A stretch of DNA of 64,000 bases from an uncultured virus (IMG/VR IMGVR_UViG_3300025270_001776) (IMGVR_UViG_3300025270_001776), one strand, 5' to 3'; counted from the stretch's first letter, positions 48,393 to 58,408 are shown. Translations and numbers: made by a program. Notes: generated by a model not told the origin, from the letters alone.

Positions 48393-49063
48393 GATAGTTC
48401 AATTAAGATCTTAGCTATTATATTATTCCTAACTATATCTGAATTATCCAATTCACAAACTGACACTCCATCGACATTCTTTAGTTTATCCATACAGCGA
48501 GAAAGAGCACCTGCTTCGTTACTGACCAAGTCTGTTTGATAGAGATCACCGTTGATAATTGCTTTAGATTCTTGACCAATTCTGGTAATAAACATTTTTA
48601 TTTGTTCATAGGTGGCATTTTGTGCCTCGTCAAGAATCATAAAACAGTCATGAAAATTTCTTCCCCTCATATATTCTAGGGGGCATAACTCAATTTTACC
48701 CTGTGATCTGAAACTATTAACAGTTTCCCTACTGAGAAAAAGATTTAACTCTTCTATTATAGGCATTAAATAAGGCTGTACTTTTTCAGTGAGTGAACCG
48801 GGTAGATAGCCTAAGCCTCTCCCCGCTTCTACGACTGGCCTTGATACTATAATTCTGTCAACCTTTTTACTTAAAAGATATTCAGATGCTAAACCTACCG
48901 CAACGGCTGTTTTACCAGACCCAGCTGGACCAGAACAGAAAGTAATTTCTGATTCCACCATGGATATAATATATTCTCGTTGATTTTCTGTTTTTGGTTT
49001 TAATTGTTTCCTATAATGTAAAGGTTGGTGTGGTGACTTTGGTTGTTTTCTTCTTCTAGGCAT
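48389..49063 (-). CDS. phoH: PhoH family ATPase (likely start MPRRRKQ)
   Basis: GPAGSGKT, RPVVE, GYLPG, YMRGR, LDEAQN, GDLYQTD, DIVRN. Confidence 0.93.
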   Translation of the reverse strand: MPRRRKQPKSPHQPLHYRKQLKPKTENQREYIISMVESEITFCSGPAGSGKTAVAVGLASEYLLSKKVDRIIVSRPVVEAGRGLGYLPGSLTEKVQPYLMPIIEELNLFLSRETVNSFRSQGKIELCPLEYMRGRNFHDCFMILDEAQNATYEQIKMFITRIGQESKAIINGDLYQTDLVSNEAGALSRCMDKLKNVDGVSVCELDNSDIVRNNIIAKILIELS

Positions 49064-49073
49064 TAAATTTGGT

Positions 49074-49559
49074 TTACCTTCTGAAGGTGGGACGATCAGT
49101 GCGAGTTCTAAGTCCATCATACCATAGTTTACGTCGATTGTCAACACGTTTTCTATTGTGGCGATCATGATGAGCGTGCGCTCTAGGATGCACATTAATA
49201 AAAACATCTACTTGACGACGTGGTCGATAGCGTACTGACCACCAACATCTGTTACATCTACAGTTGGGATGATGACGATATTGGTTTATGCCTCCATTAC
49301 CAAAAATAATAATAATACGGGGTTTGATCTTAGATCTGTGTATCCTATCTTTTCTTCTCTTCGCCTCTTCTGCGGCTCTTTCTTTAATTTTTTTACGAAT
49401 TTCTCTTTTGATACACGCCCTACACTTATCACATGCCTTGCAGCTATCAATACATCCTTGCTCGTCGCACTCACAATCTTTATGTTTACGGGGAGTGGCC
49501 GCCAAAGAAGGGGTAGCCATCATTAAAAATAGTACCGTAGTAATAATTAAGTGTTTCAT
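49074..49559 (-). CDS. Secreted Cys-rich, highly basic hypothetical protein
   Basis: GGAGG RBS; signal peptide ending ..SLA; CECDEQGCIDSCKACDKCRAC; Arg/Lys-rich. Confidence 0.6.
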   Translation of the reverse strand: MKHLIITTVLFLMMATPSLAATPRKHKDCECDEQGCIDSCKACDKCRACIKREIRKKIKERAAEEAKRRKDRIHRSKIKPRIIIIFGNGGINQYRHHPNCRCNRCWWSVRYRPRRQVDVFINVHPRAHAHHDRHNRKRVDNRRKLWYDGLRTRTDRPTFRR

Positions 49560-49571
49560 TTTATCCTCCAG

Positions 49572-49659
49572 AAAAGAAAACGGGTTTTAACTGAATTGAT
49601 CAGTACAGAGAGGAGAACCCGAAACCTCCTGCATAATAAAGCCGCTGATCAAACCAGCT
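49572..49659 (-). ncRNA. Structured RNA motif, copy 2
   Basis: Homologous to 7872-7950 with compensatory changes; overlaps the stop codon of the DUF1501 gene; followed by UUUUCUUUU. Confidence 0.7.
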
Positions 49660-50917
49660 CTGTCATGGGATCTCGGTGATCTAGAAGATACTGAGGTCGT
49701 CCACCTGTGTCGATAACCGTTGTGTCTCTAGGATCAATTCCAAGATTATAATAAATCGTACTAGTAATTTCCTGAAAATGAACTGGGCGCTCGACAGCGT
49801 GTTCACCAAGACGATTTGTTTCGCCAATCGTTTGACCAAGCTTCATACCGCCACCAGCCAATAGAGCGCAACTAACTTGTGGCCAGTGATCTCGGCCAGC
49901 ACCCTTATTAATCTTGGGTGTACGACCAAACTCGCCCCATACCACAACAGTCACATCATCAAGCATCCCTCTTTCATCCAGATCCTCAACCAATGCGCTG
50001 ACACACTGATCAAGCTTACCACCATGATCTCTAACGAGATCAAAGTTAGCGCCATGACTATCCCATCTACCATAAGAAAGGCTCACAGAACGCACTCCTA
50101 CCTCAACCAAACGGCGTGCCATGAGGACGTGTTCATTAACAGTAGGAGCACCGTCATACTGATACTTAAAAGGCTTACCATCTCCATAACGTTCACGGAT
50201 TTTAGGGTCCTCCTGACTTAAATCCAGAGCGTCTACAAGTTTACTAGAAGTAAGTACATCAAAAGCCTCATCAATGAAAACATCTCCTTCAGGCTTAATA
50301 TTACCAAGGCCTGTTAGCAATTCTTTTCTAGATTGTAGCCTATCTTTAGTAATACCATTAAGGGTGAGGTCAGACATCATCTCGCCATTAGGTTTAAAAG
50401 GTCTATGGGAGATACCGAGATAGCCCTCACTACCAGACTCAGACCACGGGCTATGTTTGGTTTTAGCTGCCAGACCAATAGTGGCTGGAACTGATACGTC
50501 TACGGGACCTTGAATCTTTGAAGCAACCGATCCAATACTAGGATAGCCAACTCCAACGATCTTTTCATTTCGTCCCCATCCGCTCATACATTGATAGCCG
50601 TCATGACCACCAGCCGAACCGATCACTGAACGAATAGCAACAAACTTATCCATCATAGAGGCGATCTTAGGAAAACTTTCTCCAATCTGGATACCGGGTA
50701 CTGACGTATCGATAGGCTGGAATTCGCCTCTAATTTCTGCGGGAGCATCTGTTTTAATGTCCCACATGTCTTGATGCGGAGGACCTCCTCCTAAAAATAT
50801 ATTAATAACAGCTTTGTGTTGGGTGCCGTTTTGTTGTTGTGCCTGTAAAATATTAGGCAAAGACAACATACCAAAACCGCCCACCGATAAGAATCCTCTT
50901 CTTGATAGTCTAAACAT
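49649..50917 (-). CDS. DUF1501 family protein with Tat signal
   Basis: SRRGFL, FLGGGPPHQDMWDIK, ARRLVEVGV, WDSH, LVEDLDERGMLDD, WGEFGRTP, GRDHWP. Confidence 0.92.
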   Translation of the reverse strand: MFRLSRRGFLSVGGFGMLSLPNILQAQQQNGTQHKAVINIFLGGGPPHQDMWDIKTDAPAEIRGEFQPIDTSVPGIQIGESFPKIASMMDKFVAIRSVIGSAGGHDGYQCMSGWGRNEKIVGVGYPSIGSVASKIQGPVDVSVPATIGLAAKTKHSPWSESGSEGYLGISHRPFKPNGEMMSDLTLNGITKDRLQSRKELLTGLGNIKPEGDVFIDEAFDVLTSSKLVDALDLSQEDPKIRERYGDGKPFKYQYDGAPTVNEHVLMARRLVEVGVRSVSLSYGRWDSHGANFDLVRDHGGKLDQCVSALVEDLDERGMLDDVTVVVWGEFGRTPKINKGAGRDHWPQVSCALLAGGGMKLGQTIGETNRLGEHAVERPVHFQEITSTIYYNLGIDPRDTTVIDTGGRPQYLLDHRDPMTELV

Positions 50918-50930
50918 CTTAATCTCCTAA

Positions 50931-52181
50931 TCATAAAATTGATTGGGCTTCACCCTCTAACAAGTAACGCGGCCTTCCGCCATTATCCACTTTCTGAATA
51001 CTCATAGGAATATTAAAGTGGTCAAATAGTGTTGCGCACACATCCAACGGACCATATGGGTTTTCTTTAGGTGTATACGACTTATCAGCCTTACCTACAG
51101 TTCTTCCTAACTCATATTCTCCTCCAGCCATAAGCATAGGTGACATCGCGGGCCAGTGGTCGCGACCTGCGTTGCCATTAAGTTTAGTTCGGCCAAACTC
51201 TCCGGTGACCACCAGTAAAATCTTTTCATTTAATCCTTTTTCCCAGACATCCTGCAAGAAAGCCGCAATAGCCTGATCAACAGGAGGAACTCTACCCTTA
51301 AGAGCATTAGAAATATTACCATGCATGTCCCAACCCCCGTAGTGCATCGTAATAAATTTTGTACCATACTCTGAAAGTCTACGTGCTAGTAACATTTGCT
51401 TTCCAATATCGGTATTACCATATGCATCTCTAGTTTTAGTTGGCTCTTTATCGATATTGAATGCCAGCTTAGCAGTGCCGAGAATAGTATCATAAGCCTG
51501 TGTAGTATATTTACCTATGGAATTAGCTGCATTACTAACGATTTCATGCTGCTTATCCAAGGCCGCCAGTAATTCACCGCGCGACTTGAATCTACCTATT
51601 TCTACTCTAGGACTGAGGTTGTCCTTGTTGGAAGGATCAAATGGTTTATACGCTCCACCTAACCATGAAGGTCCCTCTCCCGAAATACCACCTTGTTTAA
51701 TATAAGTTGGAATTCCCGTAGAAGTATTAGCTCCATAGATGGAAGAAACGATAGAGCCAAAACCCGGATATTTTGGGTTGGATGTTTGGGCTCGTTCGCC
51801 GTTGTAGTGACCCGTCATCATCCAGTGAGTTGCTTGACGATGAGATGAGTCACCGTGCGTAAAAGAATTAACAGTTACAATTTTATCTTTATGTTTAAAT
51901 GTTTGAAGCCAATCAGCCCCTAATGATATATTAGTAGCGCTGTCATATAACAACCCATTCACAGGTCTAAATTGATCAGGAACATTGAAATCAGTGGGAG
52001 CATGAAACGTTTCAAATTGAGTGGGTCCACCACCCAGCCACAGCCATACTACTGATTTGTCTTTTAGAGCCAGCTCCTCTTCTTCCGATAATGCTAAATC
52101 GGATAGACCTATCGTAGACATTCCAGCTCCGATACTTCCCATACGTAAAAAATCACGCCTATTAAAATAAAAATCTAACAT
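50931..52181 (-). CDS. DUF1501 family protein with Tat signal
   Basis: NRRDFL, WLGGGPTQFETF, LLARRL, GGWDMH, GEFGRT, GRDHWP. Confidence 0.9.
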   Translation of the reverse strand: MLDFYFNRRDFLRMGSIGAGMSTIGLSDLALSEEEELALKDKSVVWLWLGGGPTQFETFHAPTDFNVPDQFRPVNGLLYDSATNISLGADWLQTFKHKDKIVTVNSFTHGDSSHRQATHWMMTGHYNGERAQTSNPKYPGFGSIVSSIYGANTSTGIPTYIKQGGISGEGPSWLGGAYKPFDPSNKDNLSPRVEIGRFKSRGELLAALDKQHEIVSNAANSIGKYTTQAYDTILGTAKLAFNIDKEPTKTRDAYGNTDIGKQMLLARRLSEYGTKFITMHYGGWDMHGNISNALKGRVPPVDQAIAAFLQDVWEKGLNEKILLVVTGEFGRTKLNGNAGRDHWPAMSPMLMAGGEYELGRTVGKADKSYTPKENPYGPLDVCATLFDHFNIPMSIQKVDNGGRPRYLLEGEAQSIL

Positions 52182-52193
52182 GCTTTCCTCCTT

Positions 52194-53390
52194 CTAGTAG
52201 ATATCGGCTCCTCGCGTTATACTTTGAATAGCTGTATGCCTGTAAGGAACGTAATCATTAAATGTATTGGCATATTCTAAAGTGAGTTCCGTATTACCGC
52301 CTCCAGTGTCTCCTCCGCTGTATGATATAGAAGATAGATAATTTTTTGTACTAAGATCCCAAACAAAATATGTATAAATAAGTGGGTTGGTGGTTGGAAT
52401 TGTCGCTGCTATCTTAATCGGACAATCTGCTGTTTGTCCCGGCGCAGCATTTGCATTAGTATTGAAGTTCGTGTCTACATTTTTAACAGCCCTATTAAAA
52501 GTTGTTTCTCCTGACCGAAACCCCTGCGCAGCAATCCCATTGAATGAGCATGTAATTTCCAATGGCATATTAATATATTTCCATTTATTCAATTCATTAG
52601 CCTTAAGGTCAGTACCAGCATCAAGTTCAGACCCACGCCAATTTCCCATATCAGGAAGTTCAGAATAAGTTACACCCACAGAAATATCTATACTTTGAAG
52701 ACCCTGCAAACTAGCAATTGGAGTAAAGGTTTGTGTCACTTCATCTGGATAAGTGCCTCCTGTAATGTGACTCCATTTTACTAAACTAGCGCTTTCTGGA
52801 AACGTAGGAAGATTAGTATAATCTGCTACTTCCAAATAATCTATATTTCTGCGCGTACTTTTAGTAATAAATGTTAATGATTCTGTAACTGCTTGTCCTA
52901 CAGATATATTATATGATACATTTGTTAAAAGGCAATATTCATAGGTAATAGATTCGACTAAGTCTGGAGTTGGGTCAGTCGGATCAATAACTTTACCTAT
53001 ATAAGCAGCCGCGTCTGCCCCGTATAGTAGAACTATATTATATTGAGGTAATTCGTTGCCTGACATCCCAAAGTTAGCAGTATTCAGAAAATAACTGGCG
53101 TCATAGGCTACAGGAGGAGATGTAGTAGGCGTGTAAAAGGGTGTAGTATTTTCGTCTAGGACACGCTCAATAGTTATTTCTATATTTGGTTGTTCATACC
53201 ATAAATAATTTCTTTGGGATCTTCCGATATCGGGAAGACTATAAGAGGGCGTATCGACATTTACGCCTACAGATTGAATCCCACTTAGAAATGTAGCGTC
53301 AGTGGGATCACTAATATAAGATGTGGGGCTTACTTTCTTGTACAAAACCCCTTGACAGGCATAAAATATCCTGTTATTATTATTTACCAT
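52194..53390 (-). CDS. Putative virion structural protein (tail-tube-like)
   Basis: Beta-rich, acidic, Thr/Ser/Asn-rich; G(I/L)QS(V/I) motif occurs twice; GGDTGGGN; no enzyme motif. Confidence 0.5.
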   Translation of the reverse strand: MVNNNNRIFYACQGVLYKKVSPTSYISDPTDATFLSGIQSVGVNVDTPSYSLPDIGRSQRNYLWYEQPNIEITIERVLDENTTPFYTPTTSPPVAYDASYFLNTANFGMSGNELPQYNIVLLYGADAAAYIGKVIDPTDPTPDLVESITYEYCLLTNVSYNISVGQAVTESLTFITKSTRRNIDYLEVADYTNLPTFPESASLVKWSHITGGTYPDEVTQTFTPIASLQGLQSIDISVGVTYSELPDMGNWRGSELDAGTDLKANELNKWKYINMPLEITCSFNGIAAQGFRSGETTFNRAVKNVDTNFNTNANAAPGQTADCPIKIAATIPTTNPLIYTYFVWDLSTKNYLSSISYSGGDTGGGNTELTLEYANTFNDYVPYRHTAIQSITRGADIY

Positions 53391-55570
53391 TACAGGATCT
53401 CACAGGTTCCACCGGAACAAGCTAATTCTTGTTGCAGCTTGGTGTTGTCTTCTTTTTCCACTACAGAAATATAATCTACATCCTGATATTCCCGGTTTAA
53501 TTCAGTCCACAACTTATAATTATACACATCTTTCATACAATAAGTCAACTTCTTGATGTCATCATCAAAATATTTTTTAGTGAATCTATGGCATCTTTTT
53601 ACCCAATTTCTTTTAGAGGACCCTTTAACCGGACCCCCTAGATTGAGTAGGGTATCACATGCAGCCCACAAATTATCTTCCCAAAGCGTTAAAGCTACTT
53701 CGATTAGCCCACTTACAAACATTACGCCATCCCCATGATGGGACACCATTTCACTAGGCAAATAGATGGTTGTAAAAGGGGCCTGAGGATAATCTTTATC
53801 GCCGGTAACAGGTAATAGAGAAATCCCACAGAACCATTTTCTATTTCTGTAAATAAATTTTTCTACATCATCCCATTCACTCTCTTTGATATTAATAGTA
53901 TTACTAACATTATGGCTAAGCCATGGCTGAGTGCATAAATCTTGATTTGTACCAGTAATCACCCAATTTTGTTGTGTAGATTTTACAGCGATTAGGAGGT
54001 CTAAAGCCCCCACTTTATTCTTGGTTTTTGAGCCTGCTGCCACTTCAATACAAAAGGATATCACGTCATCGCTATCATTAGCGGACCACACAGACTCCTG
54101 ACAGGCTCTAGGATTAATTTTTTTAAAATGCTTATATATATCTTCCATTTTGTTAGCCTGAACGCGCCTAATGTACCTTTTTGCGTGATGTGGGTGTATT
54201 CCAGAGCTAGTTCCTAGTATACAACTAGCAGTACCTTCTGGCTTAACACACGTACATCTGGCAGCTTGATTAATACCAATTTTTTGGGCTAATTCTTTAT
54301 TCACTTGCTTTACTGTTCTAGCTGCTCTTCTTTGGAACTCAGGAGATAGACATACCTCGTGTGCCTCCATTATACCAGTCATAGAAACGCCAATAAGCGC
54401 TTCCCGTTCCATAATGTTTTTGCTGGCATGTTCCAAATAGCCCACATCAGTAAAACCAGCTTGTAGAGTCCCAATAATAGCAGCAGCCCTTGCTGACTCA
54501 TAAAGATCCTCTTCACTCTTAATTCGGGCACAATTAATTGTAGACAAATTACAGGCCTGCCATCCAGACTGACCAGTTTTTTGATCAACAGGCCAAAATC
54601 CTATTTCTACACAGGGATTCACTAAAAACTCAGTGGAGTCTGCCCAAACAAAACCGGGCTCGCCAAACTCTCTAACTGATTGCATCAAGTCAGAAAATTG
54701 TTCTGGCGTCGTAGTCTCTCTAAGCAGTAAGGCTGAGTTATTAGAACGTCCTCTTTGAGGATTCTCATGAAACCAGTTACCTGTTTTTGCGGACGCCATT
54801 TTTGTGTCATCTGGTGAAAACAGGCATATAGTAGCGCTTCGCCTAACACCACCACTAATAACAGCGTCAGCAGAATGCATAACAATATCATAAGCATCAA
54901 TTGGACTAAGTTGTTTATTACCATGTTTAACTGTTTCATCTAAAAGACTCTTTATATTTTTAAGTGACTTTTTAAGAGGTTCCGGTCCCGGAGCCTTTCC
55001 CCCATGAGAAAGAGGGGCGCCCGCTTCTCTTATTTTTGTAAAATCAAATACTACATTTTTACCGGAGTATTCTTTAAAATCTTTTGGTCTATTAAAATAA
55101 GAATTAACCAACACACCAACTGCATCTGACCACCCCTCTATATTATCTTCTACCGTAAACCTTTTGGTGCCTTCTTTATTTTTTACTAAATTAGGTAACT
55201 TAGCTACATGATGTTTCTGTACAGAAAATCCAGTCCCACACCCACAAAGAAGGAGATACATGCATTCTTGAAAGAATTGTGGGCGATCACAGAAGGAGGA
55301 AATACAATTATACATCCTCATGTTATGTTTAAGAATGGGTTTTCCACCAAATTGTAAGGCACGTTGAGATCCTAAAACACGTCTCTTCTTCATCATATCA
55401 TATGCCCACTCGATATCCTCATGTATCTCTGAAATATCTTCGTATTTTTTGAGCATCATTTTTTTTACACGATCTACAGTTTCATGCCATGTTTCTCTTC
55501 TTTTTTTGTCTGATATCCATCGGGCATATTTAGCGACAAAAGTATAATCCATCAGCGATTTGATCGACAT
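53390..55570 (-). CDS. nrdJ: Class II (adenosylcobalamin) ribonucleotide reductase, RTPR-like
   Basis: YNC, GTGFSV, GGVRRSA, NPCVEI, CNL, CVKPEGT, C-terminal ACSGGTCE; no beta subunit in the window. Confidence 0.85.
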   Translation of the reverse strand: MSIKSLMDYTFVAKYARWISDKKRRETWHETVDRVKKMMLKKYEDISEIHEDIEWAYDMMKKRRVLGSQRALQFGGKPILKHNMRMYNCISSFCDRPQFFQECMYLLLCGCGTGFSVQKHHVAKLPNLVKNKEGTKRFTVEDNIEGWSDAVGVLVNSYFNRPKDFKEYSGKNVVFDFTKIREAGAPLSHGGKAPGPEPLKKSLKNIKSLLDETVKHGNKQLSPIDAYDIVMHSADAVISGGVRRSATICLFSPDDTKMASAKTGNWFHENPQRGRSNNSALLLRETTTPEQFSDLMQSVREFGEPGFVWADSTEFLVNPCVEIGFWPVDQKTGQSGWQACNLSTINCARIKSEEDLYESARAAAIIGTLQAGFTDVGYLEHASKNIMEREALIGVSMTGIMEAHEVCLSPEFQRRAARTVKQVNKELAQKIGINQAARCTCVKPEGTASCILGTSSGIHPHHAKRYIRRVQANKMEDIYKHFKKINPRACQESVWSANDSDDVISFCIEVAAGSKTKNKVGALDLLIAVKSTQQNWVITGTNQDLCTQPWLSHNVSNTINIKESEWDDVEKFIYRNRKWFCGISLLPVTGDKDYPQAPFTTIYLPSEMVSHHGDGVMFVSGLIEVALTLWEDNLWAACDTLLNLGGPVKGSSKRNWVKRCHRFTKKYFDDDIKKLTYCMKDVYNYKLWTELNREYQDVDYISVVEKEDNTKLQQELACSGGTCEIL

Positions 55571-55585
55571 GAAATATATTTTCCT

Positions 55586-56041
55586 TTAGGTAATCTTTAA
55601 ATCAAGATTTGTTTTAACATTGTAGATCTCTAGACCGTTCTTAACTAAAAATTGATGTACAGATGTATCGTTATCATTCTTGGAAGATACAAAAGAATCT
55701 TTTTCTATGTACCACTTATTAATGCCATTTTGCCATAATAGTTTAGCACACCGAAAACATGGATAATGTGTGACATACGCTTTAAGGGGACCAAAATATC
55801 TGCGTTCCATATTAGATACGGCATTTTCTTCAGCATGAACCATAAACGGATATTTTTCTGGACGAAAAGTAGGAAGGACAGAGTCGTTACAACCTGCTGG
55901 AAAACCATTGTAACCCATACCTACTACATGATTAAGTGTATTAACTAAAACGCACCCAACCCTAGTCTCGCTATCGTGACTACGGATGGATGCGTAATGA
56001 GCCATACCCATAAAATACTGATCCCAAGACGGTCTGTCCAT
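55586..56041 (-). CDS. dCMP deaminase
   Basis: RPSWDQYFM, GYNGFP, HAEENA, PCFRC. Confidence 0.92.
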   Translation of the reverse strand: MDRPSWDQYFMGMAHYASIRSHDSETRVGCVLVNTLNHVVGMGYNGFPAGCNDSVLPTFRPEKYPFMVHAEENAVSNMERRYFGPLKAYVTHYPCFRCAKLLWQNGINKWYIEKDSFVSSKNDNDTSVHQFLVKNGLEIYNVKTNLDLKIT

Positions 56042-56077
56042 TGTTTATTCCAAATTAAGAGATAGCCTGACACTTAC

Positions 56078-56106
56078 ATTATCTACAATTATCTAGCTTT
56101 TGTCAA
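56078..56106 (-). promoter_or_regulatory. Sigma70-type promoter upstream of dCMP deaminase/nrdJ
   Basis: TTGACA (56106-56101), 17-nt spacer, GATAAT (56083-56078); A-rich upstream. Confidence 0.7.
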
Positions 56107-56123
56107 ACATTTTTTTGTAAAAA

Positions 56124-56432
56124 CTATCGGTTTCTCAATGTATTAATCATAACATCAAACTTTTCATTAAGTTTATCATTTAAGTGTAGTTTGCAGTCTG
56201 CCACGCTACTTTCTAGGTTGTCTATTTTTGTTTCTATTTTGCCTTCTAGGCTATCGACTTTATTTTCTAAAGATGTTAATCTTCTATTTAATGAATCGTT
56301 CACTCTCTCCTCCAGTAAAATAATTTTTTTACCATGAGTCATAATAGTAAACAACATCCAGCCCATTAAGGGTATAAATACCATACCGACAACTTCAGCT
56401 ATACTTTTAAGCAGTTGCCATGTATCAGTCAT
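56124..56432 (-). CDS. Single-TM coiled-coil protein
   Basis: N-terminal TM followed by heptad repeats (LENKVDSLEGKIETKIDNLES). Confidence 0.65.
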   Translation of the reverse strand: MTDTWQLLKSIAEVVGMVFIPLMGWMLFTIMTHGKKIILLEERVNDSLNRRLTSLENKVDSLEGKIETKIDNLESSVADCKLHLNDKLNEKFDVMINTLRNR

Positions 56433-56453
56433 AACAAGCCTTTCATATAAAAT

Positions 56454-56488
56454 AAAAAAAAAAGGGGGAGAGAAATTCCCTCCCCCTT
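56454..56488 (-). terminator. Intrinsic terminator
   Basis: AAGGGGGAGGGAA/TTTCTCTCCCCCTT stem followed by a long T-tract on the minus strand. Confidence 0.85.
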
Positions 56489-56502
56489 CTTATAAGTTTA
56501 GA

Positions 56503-57216
56503 TTACATACCAGTAATTGGTGAATAATCGAAGAAGTCACCGCCAGTTGCGACAGTAAGATCAACGAAATCAACTTTCATTACCAACTCACCCGGAATGG
56601 CTCTAGTTGGATTAGCAGCCTTGTCTGTTCTAGCACCAGTAGCACCAGCAATCGGGTCCCACATATTGGTAGTAGACAGGGTGTCTGGAGCAGTCGCGGT
56701 ATCCATACCACCAGTAGCCACGTCTAGCCAGTTAATTCTGGAGTCGGTCATTTTGGCTCCAGTACGTGTGGTATGTGTCCAGCTAAACCGATCAGCACGG
56801 AATGCCGTGACAATCTTAGCCCCATAATCATGCTGGAATTGAAGAATCGCTTGATTCGAGGTGCCAACGCCCATGAATAGCAAGTTTGTTTTAGCCACAC
56901 CAGAAAGGGTGGTGGATTGACGAGCAATAACATATTTGCCCTCAGCTTCGTAGGCAAACGTACCAGCGCTTAAAGCCTTTTGAGCATTATAAGCGCCATT
57001 ACCAGTAATAATTCTAGGTAGCGTGTTAGAGTCTGCGGCGAGCGATACGCCATCTTTAAGAGAGAGCGCTTTGGTGATAACTGCACCAAGTCCGCTGGTC
57101 ACAGCTGAATTCTGTAGAATGCATCCACCTTCTACTGCAAAAATAAAAGCGCCGCCCGTCGTGTTAACTAAATAAGCACTTGTAGATGTAGGAACTGCCA
57201 TTAGATAAGCCTCCAT
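56503..57216 (-). CDS. Putative virion structural protein
   Basis: Ala/Thr/Gly-rich; GGAGG RBS before MAVPTS; own strong terminator. Confidence 0.55.
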   Translation of the reverse strand: MEAYLMAVPTSTSAYLVNTTGGAFIFAVEGGCILQNSAVTSGLGAVITKALSLKDGVSLAADSNTLPRIITGNGAYNAQKALSAGTFAYEAEGKYVIARQSTTLSGVAKTNLLFMGVGTSNQAILQFQHDYGAKIVTAFRADRFSWTHTTRTGAKMTDSRINWLDVATGGMDTATAPDTLSTTNMWDPIAGATGARTDKAANPTRAIPGELVMKVDFVDLTVATGGDFFDYSPITGM

Positions 57217-57291
57217 AATGGAAATAAATATATGTTCCTACAATATCCAAAAACGGTCCGGTTCCTATCTAACAATACACAAAAAGCCGTC

Positions 57292-57744
57292 TCATCGGTT
57301 TATTTTTTCAAATGATTTTAAGGCTTTTTTAAATCTTCTTCTAGCGGTTTCTCGACTGTAACCGTTTTGCCGTCCCATTTCTTCCATGGTCATGCCGTAT
57401 ACATATTTTTGTTTAATCAAAATAGTATATTCATCACTTAAACCGTCTAGCACATGATCTATATCGTCTATAACCTCACTAGACTTTTCGATATTTTTAC
57501 AGCTGAACTCCCTTTTCTTTTTTTTCATAGTATTTTTTATAGCATAGTCAAGCTGTTGATATAGAAACGTAGTAAACTTAGTTTTTTTAGATGGATCATA
57601 TCTGTTAAGACATCTCCAAAGTGTAGTTAATTTTAGTGAATACAAATCGTCTGCGCTTAAAGCAGTAGAATATCTTGCGCAAACCTTATTCATAACCTTA
57701 ATATTATCAATATTGCTCAAGGATTCTTCAAAAGTTCTATCCAT
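57292..57744 (-). CDS. Phage sigma-70-like factor (regions 2 and 4)
   Basis: LWRCLNRYDPSKKTKFTTFLY (region 2) and MTMEEMGRQNGYSRETARRR (region 4 HTH). Confidence 0.8.
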   Translation of the reverse strand: MDRTFEESLSNIDNIKVMNKVCARYSTALSADDLYSLKLTTLWRCLNRYDPSKKTKFTTFLYQQLDYAIKNTMKKKKREFSCKNIEKSSEVIDDIDHVLDGLSDEYTILIKQKYVYGMTMEEMGRQNGYSRETARRRFKKALKSFEKINR

Positions 57745-58408
57745 TCGTGCTCCTTAATATAACACCACCTAATTTTTGCTTGAGGGCTTCCAATTCACTA
57801 AGTTCATCTAAATACTGTTTATTCATATCGTCTGAAACTATATAATCTATTTCTCCTTGTGGTGAAACAAATATAGACCAATATCTATTGGTGTCCAGTT
57901 GTTCTTTAACCAAATCAACAGCCAACATTATTTCTGCGTCGTCGAGAACTTCGCTCACGGTGTAATTACATATTGTATCTTCTATTTCTTTTCTGACTTC
58001 GGAAGTATTGAACATTTTTGCAATACCCACAAAAAATGTATATCTTCCAAGAGGTTTTAAGGCCTCAATACCGTTAACATCTTCTAGCACTTCAATTATT
58101 TCATTAGTTAAATCAAAATTGGTATAGCACATCCAACAATCCCACCTATCGGATGGTTTAAGTGAGGACTCTGCTGGGTAAGGCCCATATGGGGTGTACA
58201 CTACCTTTTGTTTGACGGGAACAAAATATTCTTTCAAAAGTCCTTCTGGATCAGTGTCCATCATACCAAATTCTTCGTTTTCTTCTTCTGGTTGGGGTTT
58301 CTCTTCTCTTAATATTTCTTCTATTTTGGCATTCCAGCTCTCCCAGCCTATTTTTTTAGATGTGGACATCATATATCTCCTTAAAGCTAGGACTATATAT
58401 ACTATCAA
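57737..58408 (-). CDS. Hypothetical protein
   Basis: AAGGAG RBS before MMSTSKK; acidic. Confidence 0.6.
   Translation of the reverse strand: MIVYIVLALRRYMMSTSKKIGWESWNAKIEEILREEKPQPEEENEEFGMMDTDPEGLLKEYFVPVKQKVVYTPYGPYPAESSLKPSDRWDCWMCYTNFDLTNEIIEVLEDVNGIEALKPLGRYTFFVGIAKMFNTSEVRKEIEDTICNYTVSEVLDDAEIMLAVDLVKEQLDTNRYWSIFVSPQGEIDYIVSDDMNKQYLDELSELEALKQKLGGVILRSTNG

Noticed and set aside
31753..55570. Inteins or introns in dnaE, dnaB, recA or nrdJ
   Set aside because: Lengths are normal, conserved motifs are contiguous and no splice-junction or LAGLIDADG motifs are visible
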